64,000 bases of DNA, taken from NCBI GenBank assembly GCA_010909165.1, contig MU008174.1:868001-932000 (forward strand), written 5' to 3'. Positions 1 to 10,662 of this stretch are shown here, piece by piece; positions within the stretch are counted from its first letter, which is position 1, and each line of letters begins with the position of its first letter. Below the pieces are notes generated by a model. The model was given only the letters and a program-made list of their open reading frames with translations. It was not told the origin of the DNA and did no database searches. The translations under genes and the position numbers were made by a program. The DNA is from Anthoceros angustus (taxonomy: Eukaryota; Plantae; Anthocerotophyta).

Positions 1-881
1 CCAAGGGCTGCTTGACCCATACCCTGCTGGGAGTACCCTGCTATCATGGCATTCCACGTTACCACAGTTTTCTTCCCAAGTCCATCAAACACTCGCTGAG
101 CATCTTCGAGGCTGCCACACTTTGCATACATGTTTACCAGACTGCCACCTAACACCACATCAACCTTAAGCCCTTGTTCTCCAACCAGAGCACTGGCCAA
201 CAAATCAGCATGCACCTGCTGCCCAGTTTCCAAGTCTGCACTCCTTGCACAAGCCTGAAGTGCTGCTACATACACGTGTCCATCAGGCTCCACCCCTGAC
301 CTGAGCATCTCATGATACAGTCGTATGGCCGGCTTGGCCTGTCCGTGGTTCACATAGGCAGAGATCATGGAAGACCACATGAAGGCATCTGGCTTGGCAA
401 CCACAGTAAAAACATCGATTGCCTCCTGCAACCTGCCATAAGAGGCATACATGCGCAGGATGTGGTTGCACAGGAACGTGTCCGACTTATACCCCCTTAT
501 CACACTGAGAGCATGCACACGCCGACCTAGCACGAGATCCTTCTTTACCACACAGGTTTTTAGGACAGCAAAGAACATAGATTGAGGGACACGACATTCT
601 GTCTGCACCAGAACTCCCAGAGCCTCAACAGCCTCAGCAACCAGCCCCTGCTGACATAGTTTGCTCAAAATTTCCACCCCTGCCAAAGATTCCCTTAAAC
701 GGGCAGAATTCATTGCAAGGTTGCCGTTGCCTGATGTTTGGCATCTTGAAGTCAGCCAAGCGGACCTCTTCATTTGGTCTTTGTGATCCCACCCAGTGTT
801 CTTCGTTGGATCCAGAAAACCTGTTGCCAGGAGCTGCCCTTGCCTTCTGTGTGGATGAAATGCAACGCGCCAGACACCCAT
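1..881 (-). CDS. PLS-class PPR protein, 5' part (runs off window start)
   Basis: Manual minus-strand translation is open from ATG 881 (alternative ATG 713) to base 1: ...LCQQGLVAEAVEALGVLVQ...DTFLCNHILRMYASYGRLQEAIDVF...SLVNMYAKCGSLEDAQRVFD...VTWNAMIAGYSQQG. It is paralogous to 1379-3925. Absent from the ORF track, probably because no stop lies inside the window. Confidence 0.9.
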   Translation of the reverse strand, partial: MGVWRVAFHPHRRQGQLLATGFLDPTKNTGWDHKDQMKRSAWLTSRCQTSGNGNLAMNSARLRESLAGVEILSKLCQQGLVAEAVEALGVLVQTECRVPQSMFFAVLKTCVVKKDLVLGRRVHALSVIRGYKSDTFLCNHILRMYASYGRLQEAIDVFTVVAKPDAFMWSSMISAYVNHGQAKPAIRLYHEMLRSGVEPDGHVYVAALQACARSADLETGQQVHADLLASALVGEQGLKVDVVLGGSLVNMYAKCGSLEDAQRVFDGLGKKTVVTWNAMIAGYSQQGMGQAAL

Positions 882-1378
882 TGTTCGCAGCCAAAGGATA
901 CGCTGAACATTTGAACCCAAAATCCAGCTCCAGTGCGCCAGCTGGGCTAGTTGCGCTCAAGGTAGTGTCCATGTCCAGGAGCGTTAGGAAAGAGTCCCTG
1001 ATTCCGCAATCTGAAGCCCAAGTTCTTCAAACATTCCGCAACGAAAGTAGTCCAAGCTCCCTGCTGGAGTTCCCAGACAACAATGTCAACAATTTATGGC
1101 CACAATAAAACGTAAATCATGGGTTCCGATTTACTGTTCGAGGAACCAAATCGGCCTTTCAGCAGGGAGTCATATCGGCCTTAGATCAGGAGAGCCAAAC
1201 CCAATAGCTCATTCCCAAACCCAACAGTAATACGGCCAAGGAGGACATGAGTTCATACATGAGGGACACCATGAAGTTTAATGAGTTTGAACCCACCTAC
1301 CAAATTTCATGTTCCGTGGAAGTCTCCAAGCGTGAGCTCTACGACGACACAATTTGTCGATTGTAGTATGACGCATGG

Positions 1379-3925
1379 TTGGTACATGAGCAGTTCCATG
1401 TAGTCCTTTGGCTAAACAGTTTGTACAAGCTGGCTTGTGGTGGATGGCATGTGGATGCTCTGGATATGCAGATGGGTGGTGGTCCTCCTACATACAACCA
1501 CTCGAGGTTACCGGATGAGGCTCACCGGTCACCAGCCGCTCACCTTGTCAGGGCTGCAGGTGCAGGATACAGAACAGGAGCTCTGACAGCGGAAACCGTG
1601 AGAAAACTGTGTCAGCAGGGGCAGGTTGCTGAGGCTGTCGAGGCTCTGGGAGTTCTGGTACAGATCGAATGTTGTTTTTCCTCATCTATCTTTTATACAG
1701 TGCTGAAAGAATGTGTGGTAGAAAGGGATGTGGTTCTGGGTCGCCGTGTCCATGCTCTCAGCGTGAAGCAGGGGTATGAGTCGGACACGTTTCTGTGCAA
1801 CCACATCCTGCGAATGTATGCCTCTCGTGGCAGGTTGGGAGAAGCGATAGATGTGTTTTTCATGTTTGACAAACCGGATGCCTTCATGTGGTCCTCCATG
1901 ATTCTTGCCCACGTTAAACAGGGACAAACTAAGAAAGCCATACAACTGTATCATCGGATGCGGAGGTCAAGTGTGCAGCCAGATCGTCATGTGTTTGTAG
2001 CCGCTCTTCAGGCTTGTGCAAAAGGAGCAGACTTAAAAACTGGGCAGGAGGTTCATGCCGATCTGTTGGCCAGTGGGCTTCAGCCTCATTTGTTCGTGTG
2101 GAACTGTTTGGTGGACATGTATGCAAAGTGTGGCAACTTGGACGAAGCTCGAAAAGTGTTTGACGAACTTTGTCTAAAAGATGTGGTGACATGGAATGCC
2201 ATGATATCAGGGTACTCGCAGCAGGGTATGGGGCAGGAAGCTCTTCGCCTCTACAGTGCTATGCAGGAGGGAGGCATGGCTGAACCTGATTCTGTGACGT
2301 ATGTTTGCCTCCTGCAGGCATGTGCAGGAATGGGCACGCTGGCTTTGGAGAAGGGGAAGGAGCTTCATGCACAAATTAGAGAACGAGGACATCATGCTGA
2401 CTTGTTCGTATCCAACAGTTTGGTTAACATGTATGCAAAATGTGGGAGCTTGGAAGATGCTCAAATAGTGTTTGACGGGCTTCATCAGAAGGATGTGGTG
2501 ACATGGACAGCTCTCATAGTAGGATACTCCCAGCGAGGCATGGGACTTGAAGCCCTTCATCTTCACAGTGCTATGCAAGAAGAGGGCGTTGCTGTACCCA
2601 ATGCTGTGACATTTTCGTCTCTGCTGCAGGCATGTGCAAGTGTTGGTACCTCTGCTTTGGAGAAGGGGAAACAGCTTCACGCAGACATAAGAGAGCGAGG
2701 GTTCAAGGTTGATGTTGTTGTAGGTGGCAGCCTGGTAAACATGTATGCAAAGTGTGGCAGTCTAGAGGATGCTAAGGGCGTCTTCGATGGACTTGGTCAC
2801 AAAAATGTGGTCACATGGACTGGTCTGATAGCAGGATATGCAAACCGTGGCAGCTTGGAAGATGCTCAAAGACTGTTTGACGAGTTGCCTCAGAAAGATG
2901 TGGTGACATGGAATGCCATGATCACAGGATATTCGCAGCAGGGAATGGGGCAGAAAGCCCTTCAGCTTTACAGGGCTATGCAAGAAGAAGGAACTGTTGC
3001 ACCCAATGCTGTTACATTTGTGTGCCTCCTGCAGGCATGTGCAAATGTTGCAGCTTTGCATCTTGGACGGGACCTCCATGCACAGATTGAAGAACAAGGG
3101 CTTGAAGCTGATGTCCTTGTAGCCGTCAGTTTGATAAACATGTATACAAAGTCAGGGAGCATGGTTGATGCCCAGCAAGTGTTTGAGGCGATGCCCACAA
3201 GAAACATTGTCTCCTGGAATGCACTGATTGCAGGCTACACTCGTCAAGGAGACAGTGACGTGGTTTTCAACTTGTTGCACAGGATGAGAGAGGAAGGCAT
3301 CCAACCAGATAGCGTCACATTCCTCAGCATTCTAACAGTATGCAGTCATGTGGGTCTACTGAGTAAGGCCCAAGAGCACTTTGAGGCCATGATTAGGCAA
3401 CATGGCATCTCTCCCACACCTGAGCACTACACATGCATTGTGGATCTTCTAGGTCGTGCAGGCCAACTGGAGGAGGCACTAGCTTTGGTGAAGGCAATGC
3501 CTGTACTGCCTGATGCTGCAGTTTGGCACACTCTATTGGCCGCTTGCCGAAAGTGGAGGAACGTGGAAGTGGGACGCCATGCTTTCGAAGAAGCCGTGAA
3601 ACTAGACGAAAAAGACGCCGCAGCCTACATCCTAATGTCGACCATATATACCACTGCCCACATGTGGGAGCAGGCACAGGAAATGCAAGCAATGAGGAGA
3701 GAAATCAAGGCTTGGAAGCAGCCAGGCGAAAGCTGCTGGACAGACATGGACGGATGGGTGCATACCTTTGTGGTTGGGGATGAAAAGCATCCTGACAGTG
3801 AAGGTATATATGCAAGGCTGAAACAGCTCTTCCCGGAAATGAAGGAACGAGGCTATGTGCCACATCTGCAGGAATGCCACCCGGATGTATGTGCACTATG
3901 TCCAGAAGTGGTCATGATCTTATGA
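1379..3925 (+). CDS. PLS-class PPR protein with E1/E2 and PG box, no complete DYW domain (E+ type organellar RNA-editing factor)
   Basis: Intronless 848-aa ORF of P-L-S triplets (VVTWNAMISGYSQQG, SLVNMYAKCG), then P2-L2-S2 (EHYTCIVDLLGRAG), E1/E2 and KQPGESCWTDMDGWVHTFVVGDEKHP...GYVP, stopping 20 aa later. The true start may be a downstream Met. Confidence 0.95.
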   Translation: MVHEQFHVVLWLNSLYKLACGGWHVDALDMQMGGGPPTYNHSRLPDEAHRSPAAHLVRAAGAGYRTGALTAETVRKLCQQGQVAEAVEALGVLVQIECCFSSSIFYTVLKECVVERDVVLGRRVHALSVKQGYESDTFLCNHILRMYASRGRLGEAIDVFFMFDKPDAFMWSSMILAHVKQGQTKKAIQLYHRMRRSSVQPDRHVFVAALQACAKGADLKTGQEVHADLLASGLQPHLFVWNCLVDMYAKCGNLDEARKVFDELCLKDVVTWNAMISGYSQQGMGQEALRLYSAMQEGGMAEPDSVTYVCLLQACAGMGTLALEKGKELHAQIRERGHHADLFVSNSLVNMYAKCGSLEDAQIVFDGLHQKDVVTWTALIVGYSQRGMGLEALHLHSAMQEEGVAVPNAVTFSSLLQACASVGTSALEKGKQLHADIRERGFKVDVVVGGSLVNMYAKCGSLEDAKGVFDGLGHKNVVTWTGLIAGYANRGSLEDAQRLFDELPQKDVVTWNAMITGYSQQGMGQKALQLYRAMQEEGTVAPNAVTFVCLLQACANVAALHLGRDLHAQIEEQGLEADVLVAVSLINMYTKSGSMVDAQQVFEAMPTRNIVSWNALIAGYTRQGDSDVVFNLLHRMREEGIQPDSVTFLSILTVCSHVGLLSKAQEHFEAMIRQHGISPTPEHYTCIVDLLGRAGQLEEALALVKAMPVLPDAAVWHTLLAACRKWRNVEVGRHAFEEAVKLDEKDAAAYILMSTIYTTAHMWEQAQEMQAMRREIKAWKQPGESCWTDMDGWVHTFVVGDEKHPDSEGIYARLKQLFPEMKERGYVPHLQECHPDVCALCPEVVMIL

Positions 3926-4318
3926 AATCATAGGAAAGATGAACGATGAAGGCGTAGGCAGAATTTTCGCAGATGGGAGAAAAGATGGAAAAGATGAAAT
4001 TGGGCAGGTCGGAGGTAACATCACCTTCCTCTCATCCACTGCACAGCACGATCAGGAACCTCACACCACAGCACGATTTCCCCTGCACCACACGATCATT
4101 CCCGTTATTGCAAAACACATTAATTCTCGTTGAAAACATTTATTTGAACATTACGAAAAGCTTTTAAACGACAAATGGTTTTGTTTATGTACGTACCTAC
4201 AGTACTTCCACCCCGGAGGACGCTTTGTCGTGGTCTCGGCTGTTACTTACAGAGCTCAGCGAGATGCGAGCTTGAAGTCTTTTCACACAGTGTCGAGCAA
4301 TTGGTGGGGCTCCGAAAG

Positions 4319-7216
4319 ATGCAAGAACGGTGGAAGCTAACGGCGTGGTTAGCGTGCATTTGGTTCATCTCGCTTCTGTATGGGGAGTACATTGCATTCG
4401 TGTTGCCGAGCTTCATCTGCTCCTGGCCGCTCCTCGCCTCTGTGAGATCGCGCTCCCCGCTCTGACTGTGTTCTTGTTAAGGCTCCGGTTTACAACCTAT
4501 TATTTGGTGTGCTCCTTGTGTAGAACGTGACGGAAGCTGAAAGAAAGTCGGTGAAGCCTGTCAGAGTTGCCTTGATAGCAGATCCCCAGGCACGTTTCCC
4601 GGTTTGGCTATTTGCAGCTGCAGATTTGGAGTTCTTTTTTCCTCGGAAAAAATTGCTCCGGTTATGACTGGTTGGCGTAGGTTGGACTGCACATTGTAAT
4701 CTTTCACAGGGCTGAACGGATTGGTCTTGTTTATGGTGGCAATATCAGCTTGCAGACTGGACAACTCATGGAATGCAGCCTGGGTCACTGGGTCTGCGGC
4801 TGACTGAGTTGTATGCCGACATTTACATGTTACGTGCCTTTCGCTCTTCCATATTGGCCTTGAATCCTGACCAAATTATCTTTCTGGGGGATTATTTTAA
4901 TGGAGGGAGCGAGCTTTCTGATTATGAGTAATGTCTCCATACCCCAAAACTGTGTGTGTGTGTGTGTGATTGGAACATGTGAAGTGGGAGTGTGCTAATG
5001 CTTGTTCTGGATCATCTTGCAGGTGGAAGAATTCTCTCAAACGTTTTAGACACATTTTTGACCAGTCTCATGTGCGCTCGAAATTTCGACATGCAGGCGT
5101 TCCTGTCCACTACCTTTCTGGAAACCATGATCTTGGTTATGTGCATACTCACTGGCAAGTGCCTCTGGTAATCCTCTTACTCCGTCTGTGTGCGGAAGGA
5201 GAAGATCAGATTCCTTGTATCGTTACAGTGGAGTATGAGTGTCGGTCTCTGTCATTGTAAATGGACACAGGTCTTGGAACGGTACAAATCAGCCTTTGGT
5301 GGAGCCACCAACTTCACAGTTAAAGTGGGTGGAGTGGAGTTCATATTCATCAACGCACAGATTCTTGATGGTAAACCTCAGTCAGTACAAACTACATTTC
5401 TTGTGTCAGATAGGAGAAGGATTGGTTGACAATCTAGACAGCAAGAACTGCAACAAGAAATACTTATGGATGGAGTGTCAGCATCTCGGCTGCTACAGGA
5501 CCAGACACTGACAGCCAGACCCGAAAGGCCTGGAGCTTCATCCAGCAACTTTCAGAAGGTGCATTGGTGGATGAAATTTGCAGATGGACGAGTCTTGAAT
5601 CTGCCCACTGGCCACCGGTCATCTCCTAGATTTCTTACATCTGCTACCCTCTGTGTTTCCAGTCTCTAATCCTCCACCCCGCGTTCTGTTAAGTCATATT
5701 CCTCTATATAGACCAGATGACACTCCTTGTGGATCTCACCGGGCAAGCTCTGTCATTAATCAGGTACGTTTTCAAAGGGCATGGTTTTCGTCTTTCCTTT
5801 GCAAGACTTTGTTACGTTGTCATGCAAAGGACTGTTATAGTTATAATCTGGAGCAGCTTTCTGAATGCTGAATGCGATGCAGAGGGTTGCGAAGATCGGT
5901 CAGTTTCCCTTCAGGATTGTGTAAGAGCATATGATTACCCACTCACCATCTGCCATAGACACACGCTCTCCTGAGATGGTTTTGTAAGTAATCCAGTAAC
6001 CTGATGATGCTTGTCCTCACACATGACCGTGTGCTCAGGTATCAAAATTATCTAACAGAGGAAACATCCAAGAAGCTGCTCGATCTTTTGAAACCAGTGA
6101 GTACCCGGTTGGCTTGTTGAAGGCTGCAAAGTATGAACTTGGATTGATCATAGTCCCTCTGCTGCTTTATCTCTAGGTGGCAGTCTTCTCAGGACATGAC
6201 CATGACCAGTGTGAAACTACCCATACCGCATCAGGATCATCTGTTGTGGAGGTACTGAAAAACGTTGCCGTGCTCATGAAAGCATATCCAATGTCTCTTT
6301 ACGCTTCACGTGGAAGTTATGGCTCAACTGAACCCAAAACCTGGCATGTTCTGTGTGTAGCACACGGTTGGAACATTCAGTTGGCAGAACGGCAATATCT
6401 TCCCCTCCGTCATGCTGGTCAGTGTGGAGCCAGATTCTTCCAGCAATGGCCAAATTCTCAAGGCACCCTTGGCCTCCACTTTATGCTTCCTCCCTGTTCA
6501 GATACTTATATACGTCTGGTACGTCTCCCACCCTTTTCCTTCCTCGAGATCTACACGCTTTCTAGTTAGAGTGCCGTTGTGGTTCCCATGGGGACTCTCT
6601 TACCATGGATGCCCGCCACTGTCACAGGTATGCCATTCTAGCAGTAGCATCTGTTGTTGCCATATTCTCGTGGCCAGCACAGGGTGTGAGCCTTGGCATA
6701 TCATGGCACCAATGCCGTTCATACATCCAGGGAGTCTTAAGTCTAAGAGGAGGTGTGAAGGAAAAGAACGAGGATCTGGACACCGAATGGGAGATGGTTT
6801 GGGATGCCGAAGGCGGGATGCACCTTATCAGCAAGGGCTATACCAGGACTCCAGACAATGCACAGGGCGTCTCCTCAGACATAAGGTAATCCCTTTCGCA
6901 CCTCATGCTACTTCTTGCTCCAGCCTTGACCAGCTCTAACAGAAGGGACATCTATTCATCCAGAGGTACAGCACAAACAAGGCCCGCAGCCAAGCGTGCG
7001 GCTGCCTCAGAGCTTGACTCCACAAAACCACCGTCTCCAGGCGATCAGTCTCCGGTTGCTCCGAAACCCAGCAAAAGCAAAGGAAGATCATGCGCTATGA
7101 GGCTATTGCGAGGGTTCGGTCCTCTGATTGCCCTCATTGCTTGGAGCTTCGGGTTGTATGTGATTTTGTTCATGAAAGACTGGAGCGAGACGCAGGTCGA
7201 CCTGGATTACGAGTGA
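4319..7216 (+). CDS. Calcineurin-like metallophosphoesterase, Cdc1/MPPE1(PGAP5)-like, 12 exons
   Basis: Exons spliced by hand give an N-terminal TM helix, VALIADPQ-LAD, IFLGDYFNGG, LSGNHDLG, LLSHIPLYRPDDTPCG, YQNYL, FSGHDHDQC, HTVGTFSWQNGN, a TM segment, EMVWDAEGGMHL and a C-terminal TM segment. Eleven introns, one of them GC-AG. Confidence 0.9.
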
Positions 7217-7963
7217 GGCTGAGGGGCTTTTGGAGACTTCCGACCCGGATTTGTTTGAGCCGCAAGACCAACACAGGCAAAAGCTTGTGAATTACTGTGG
7301 TCACTCGAAGTTGCATCTGAGCAAATCGGTGCACCTGAGAAAAACGGATTGTTGAAGACAGACCCTGACCGAAAGGAAGTCGCTATCAGCGCCATGACCT
7401 GCAACATGATCCAACCACAACGATCACTGATCAGACTGCATTCTGGTATGGGAAGACTTCAATGAAGTTCGAAATGGAAAGGCTACAAATTGAGAGTCTC
7501 TCACCTCCCTGACTCCGACCTCGTCTTCCTCGCTCGCCACATCTAACATGCTATTAATCTGCAAATTGCTCAGCAGATCGATGGTGTGGGCCACGGACAC
7601 CGGGAAAAGCTCCAGAGCATCAGTCACGATGAAGGTCGCCTTCTTCTTCACAATCCCCGTCCTCTTCGACTGGCTGCCGTTAGAGGCCGCGGCTTCCCCA
7701 ACATGCCCACTGATCCCACTGACAGCAGGATTCAGCAGATGGGCTCTGGGCACCGAGAACGCAGAGTCATCCAACCACTCCACGCTCTGGTGGACGTTGG
7801 CCAGGCCGCCCAGGACCAGATGGAACCCGTATGCAGCCAGCTTGCCCAGCACGGTGCCCACTGGCAGCAGCAGGAAACTGAAGAGCATGTCCACCAACTC
7901 CTTCCCTGCTTCAATGAAGAGCACCGGGCGGGTGCTCTTCTCACGCAAGATCGTCACCTTCAT
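7207..7963 (-). CDS. DUF674 family protein, subfamily A (lacks the central Cys loop)
   Basis: LFIEAGKELVDMLFSFLLLPVGTV...GIVKKKATFIVTDALELFP...VGVRE, GT-AG intron 7399-7504, last exon VMALIATSFRSGSVFNN. An upstream N-terminal extension (8022-8318) is out of frame, so it may be a pseudogene. Confidence 0.7.
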
Positions 7964-9014
7964 CCTTACATCGTCGGCTCCTGGGTCCTTGGCCTTGGCT
8001 ACGCTGGCTGCACCTTCGAGTCTACGTCAACTTTGATTTGTCTCTCCAGCTGCATGAGCCGTTGCGCTCCTTGGCTGCAGCTGAAGCTTCCACCGTGGCC
8101 AGATCTGTCTGAGCCCCGAATTTACCCTCCTTGCCCGGGGATTTCGTCTCCTGGCTGGGGTTTACGCTTCCTGCTACCGGCTGCCGCTTCATGCCTGCAG
8201 CTGAAGCTTTAGCTGCCAGCACGGCCAAATCTGCTTGTGCACTGCCTGCAGCTTGCGCGTCGCGTCCTTTGCACGCCATCTTCCTCATCATTGCACGCAG
8301 CTTCTCCAGTCTCTGCAAGTGCTGAATCTGGATGTAGTTCTGTGAAACGTCGAATTCGAAAAACCAAGGAGGCGGCTAATTTGCTGGGTGCATTTAATGT
8401 CTTCGTACTTGAGATCAGCAGCCGATTTGAACTACCCACCGCCTTGTGCCTTGATGGCTGCCATAACTAACTAAGCCTGCCAACTGTTCATTCTAAGGGA
8501 TGCATCTGTCCAAACTCTGGACCAGATCTGGCGCAACTCACCAACCACACTCGTAGTATTACGGTCTGCCTTGTAGATGCATAGGATGCAGTAGATGATC
8601 TGTTTAACGTTCAAAGCACTTCGAGAAGTTACAGTGACCTCGAGTCCTGAAACACCAGAGTAGTGCAGAATGGAGACCATGCATCACGCCAGCATATATG
8701 CCTGATGGAGACTAGGGCAGCAGATGTTGCAACATCTTATGCATTGTCTCAGAGTCATTAGCTGGACACACGTCCTATCATAAGAGTCATACACTCTTGC
8801 TCGACACACATGTCGACACACGCTCTACACATGTGATTTCTCGTACACTCGTACCCACACTCTGCACATGTATTTTCTCACTGGCCTGCGTTGAAGAAGG
8901 ACAAACGGAGAGGTCTGGCACTGGTTGTAAGCATGGAAGAAGAAGAAGAAGAATTGTGATCTATTCATATGGTTAAGAGAGAATTTGTCATGTTTATGCC
9001 TGTAATTTGCCATT

Positions 9015-9087
9015 GGTCGCGTGGCCTAATGGATAAGGCGCTCGCCTCCGGAGCAGGAGATCGAGGGTACGAGTCCCACCGTGATCG
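9015..9087 (+). tRNA. tRNA-Arg-CCG: tRNA-Arg(CCG), degenerate (probable pseudogene)
   Basis: GGTCGCGTGGCCTAATGGATAAGGCGCTCGCCTCCGGAGCAGGAGATCGAGGGTACGAGTCCCACCGTGATCG: 73-nt cloverleaf with anticodon CCG. T-loop reads GTACGA instead of GTTCGA, with single mismatches in the anticodon and T stems. Confidence 0.8.
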
Positions 9088-10018
9088 TTATCAACCGGTA
9101 CTTTTCCGTAGTGGCCCGACATCCCACTTTCACCATGTTGCTTGAGGCTTGCACGTCATCGCTTTCCACATTTCTTAAGGACATCCTCGGAGAACTTTCC
9201 ACATTTGGACATATATCCTGCATTCAAGGCATTTCATGTCCCTAAATCTCGTGTCTGCAACCTTTTAAAACGCCAGGGACCGGCCTAGCTGAATTGTCAA
9301 GGCCCGTTACCTAGCTGAAGACGATTGCTGTTTGTGTTTCATTAATGCTCATGGGGGGTTGAAGAAGATGGAAGACGATGGCTTCGCATAATATGTGCAG
9401 CAGGCAAGTAGCTCGAGAAGCTATATGTTGTTGTTGATATTTTTCAGCCCAATACTGAATTGAGTTATCTCGCAGACAAGCCAAAGGTGTTTGTGATTTC
9501 AAAATGCTTGTCGAGGCACCGATCGTCTTGTCACAAGTAAGAAAGCAGACGGCTCAGATGTTGAGGGGAGCCGCAGTTGTGACCAAGAGAGCCGGAGACG
9601 TAAGACCCCTGGATACTGTAGAGGACTGTCTCGTTGTTTTCTCAACAGTGATGGAGAAGTATCTTTCAGAGATCCCGAAACAGTAACAAATTTTATCACA
9701 GTTTTGATGAACGCCATCGTTGAGGGCTCTCAAACAGCAGATGCCCTCAGCATTCCAACAAGGATCATTGGCAAGGTCATGGAGATGGAGGACGGGCACG
9801 AAAGCGAAGGAGGAGTTGTACAGTTGAGCTCACTCACTAACGGCTATACTGGTACTCACCATTGCATGCTCTTCAGGTGCCCGGCTAGCGTGAGGAGGGT
9901 GTGGCCAAGTCCATCATAAGCTACCAACCTGTAATGCCTTCAATGAAATGTGTGGGCGTCGTTTCCAAGGTCTACATTTACATCCTTATGTATTGTAATG
10001 TCAAACTGATGGCATGGC

Positions 10019-10092
10019 GGCCTATTAGCTCAGTTGGTTAGAGCGTCGTGCTAATAACGCGAAGGTCGCAGGTTCGAAACCTGCATAGGCCA
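10019..10092 (+). tRNA. tRNA-Ile-AAT: tRNA-Ile(AAT), intact
   Basis: GGCCTATTAGCTCAGTTGGTTAGAGCGTCGTGCTAATAACGCGAAGGTCGCAGGTTCGAAACCTGCATAGGCCA: paired stems, intact A and B boxes, T-runs downstream. Confidence 0.95.
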
Positions 10093-10144
10093 AATTTTAA
10101 CGATATATTTTTGTCACGACGAATACAGAAAAGGTCTTGATGTA

Positions 10145-10358
10145 CTTCACACCACTACTATTTAGGTGGAAGTTCAGAATAGCAAAACCACTACTATTTA
10201 GGTGGAAGTTCAGAATAGCAAAAAATTAGTGAAAGTCAAAAAATTAGTGAACTTCACACCATTACTATTTAGGTGGAAGTTTAGAATAGCAAAACCACTA
10301 CTATTTAGGTAGAAGTTCAGAATAGCAAAAAATTAGTGAAAGTCAAAAAATTAGTGAA
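10145..10358. repeat. Nested tandem repeat: 107-bp unit x2, each built from a ~36-bp doublet plus a ~19-bp doublet
   Basis: ACCACTACTATTTAGGTGGAAGTTCAGAATAGCAAA occurs four times and AAAATTAGTGAA four times; the block restarts at 10252. Confidence 0.9.
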
Positions 10359-10662
10359 AGTCTTCTGCATACAGGGCCTCTGAATGATTTCTTAGATCTT
10401 CTGCATATGGTGCGGTGTGTATGTTCCAGTGTCCCGACCAGCCAAGGCTGGGATGTCCGTCTTGCAATCAGTTACCAAACTAGTCAAAACAATGTCCGCT
10501 CCTGCAATCAAACAATGTCCGCTCCTGTAATCAGTTACCAAACTACCTAGTCAAGACCATTCCCCTTCTAAAAACCTTCACAAAAACCTTCACCTGCAAA
10601 AGCGGGAGGTGTGCTGAGCACATACGTGAAACTCTTTTATCTTATCAAAGCTACAGCATCCA

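Noticed and set aside
312-3896. Short antisense or alternate-frame ORFs over PPR, DUF674, LINE, trihelix and nuclease genes
   Set aside because: These are shadow frames of recognised coding sequences.
9497-9919. 141-codon stop-free plus-strand frame between the tRNAs
   Set aside because: No ATG until 9704, no recognisable motif and no clear exon partners. It cannot be assigned without a search.
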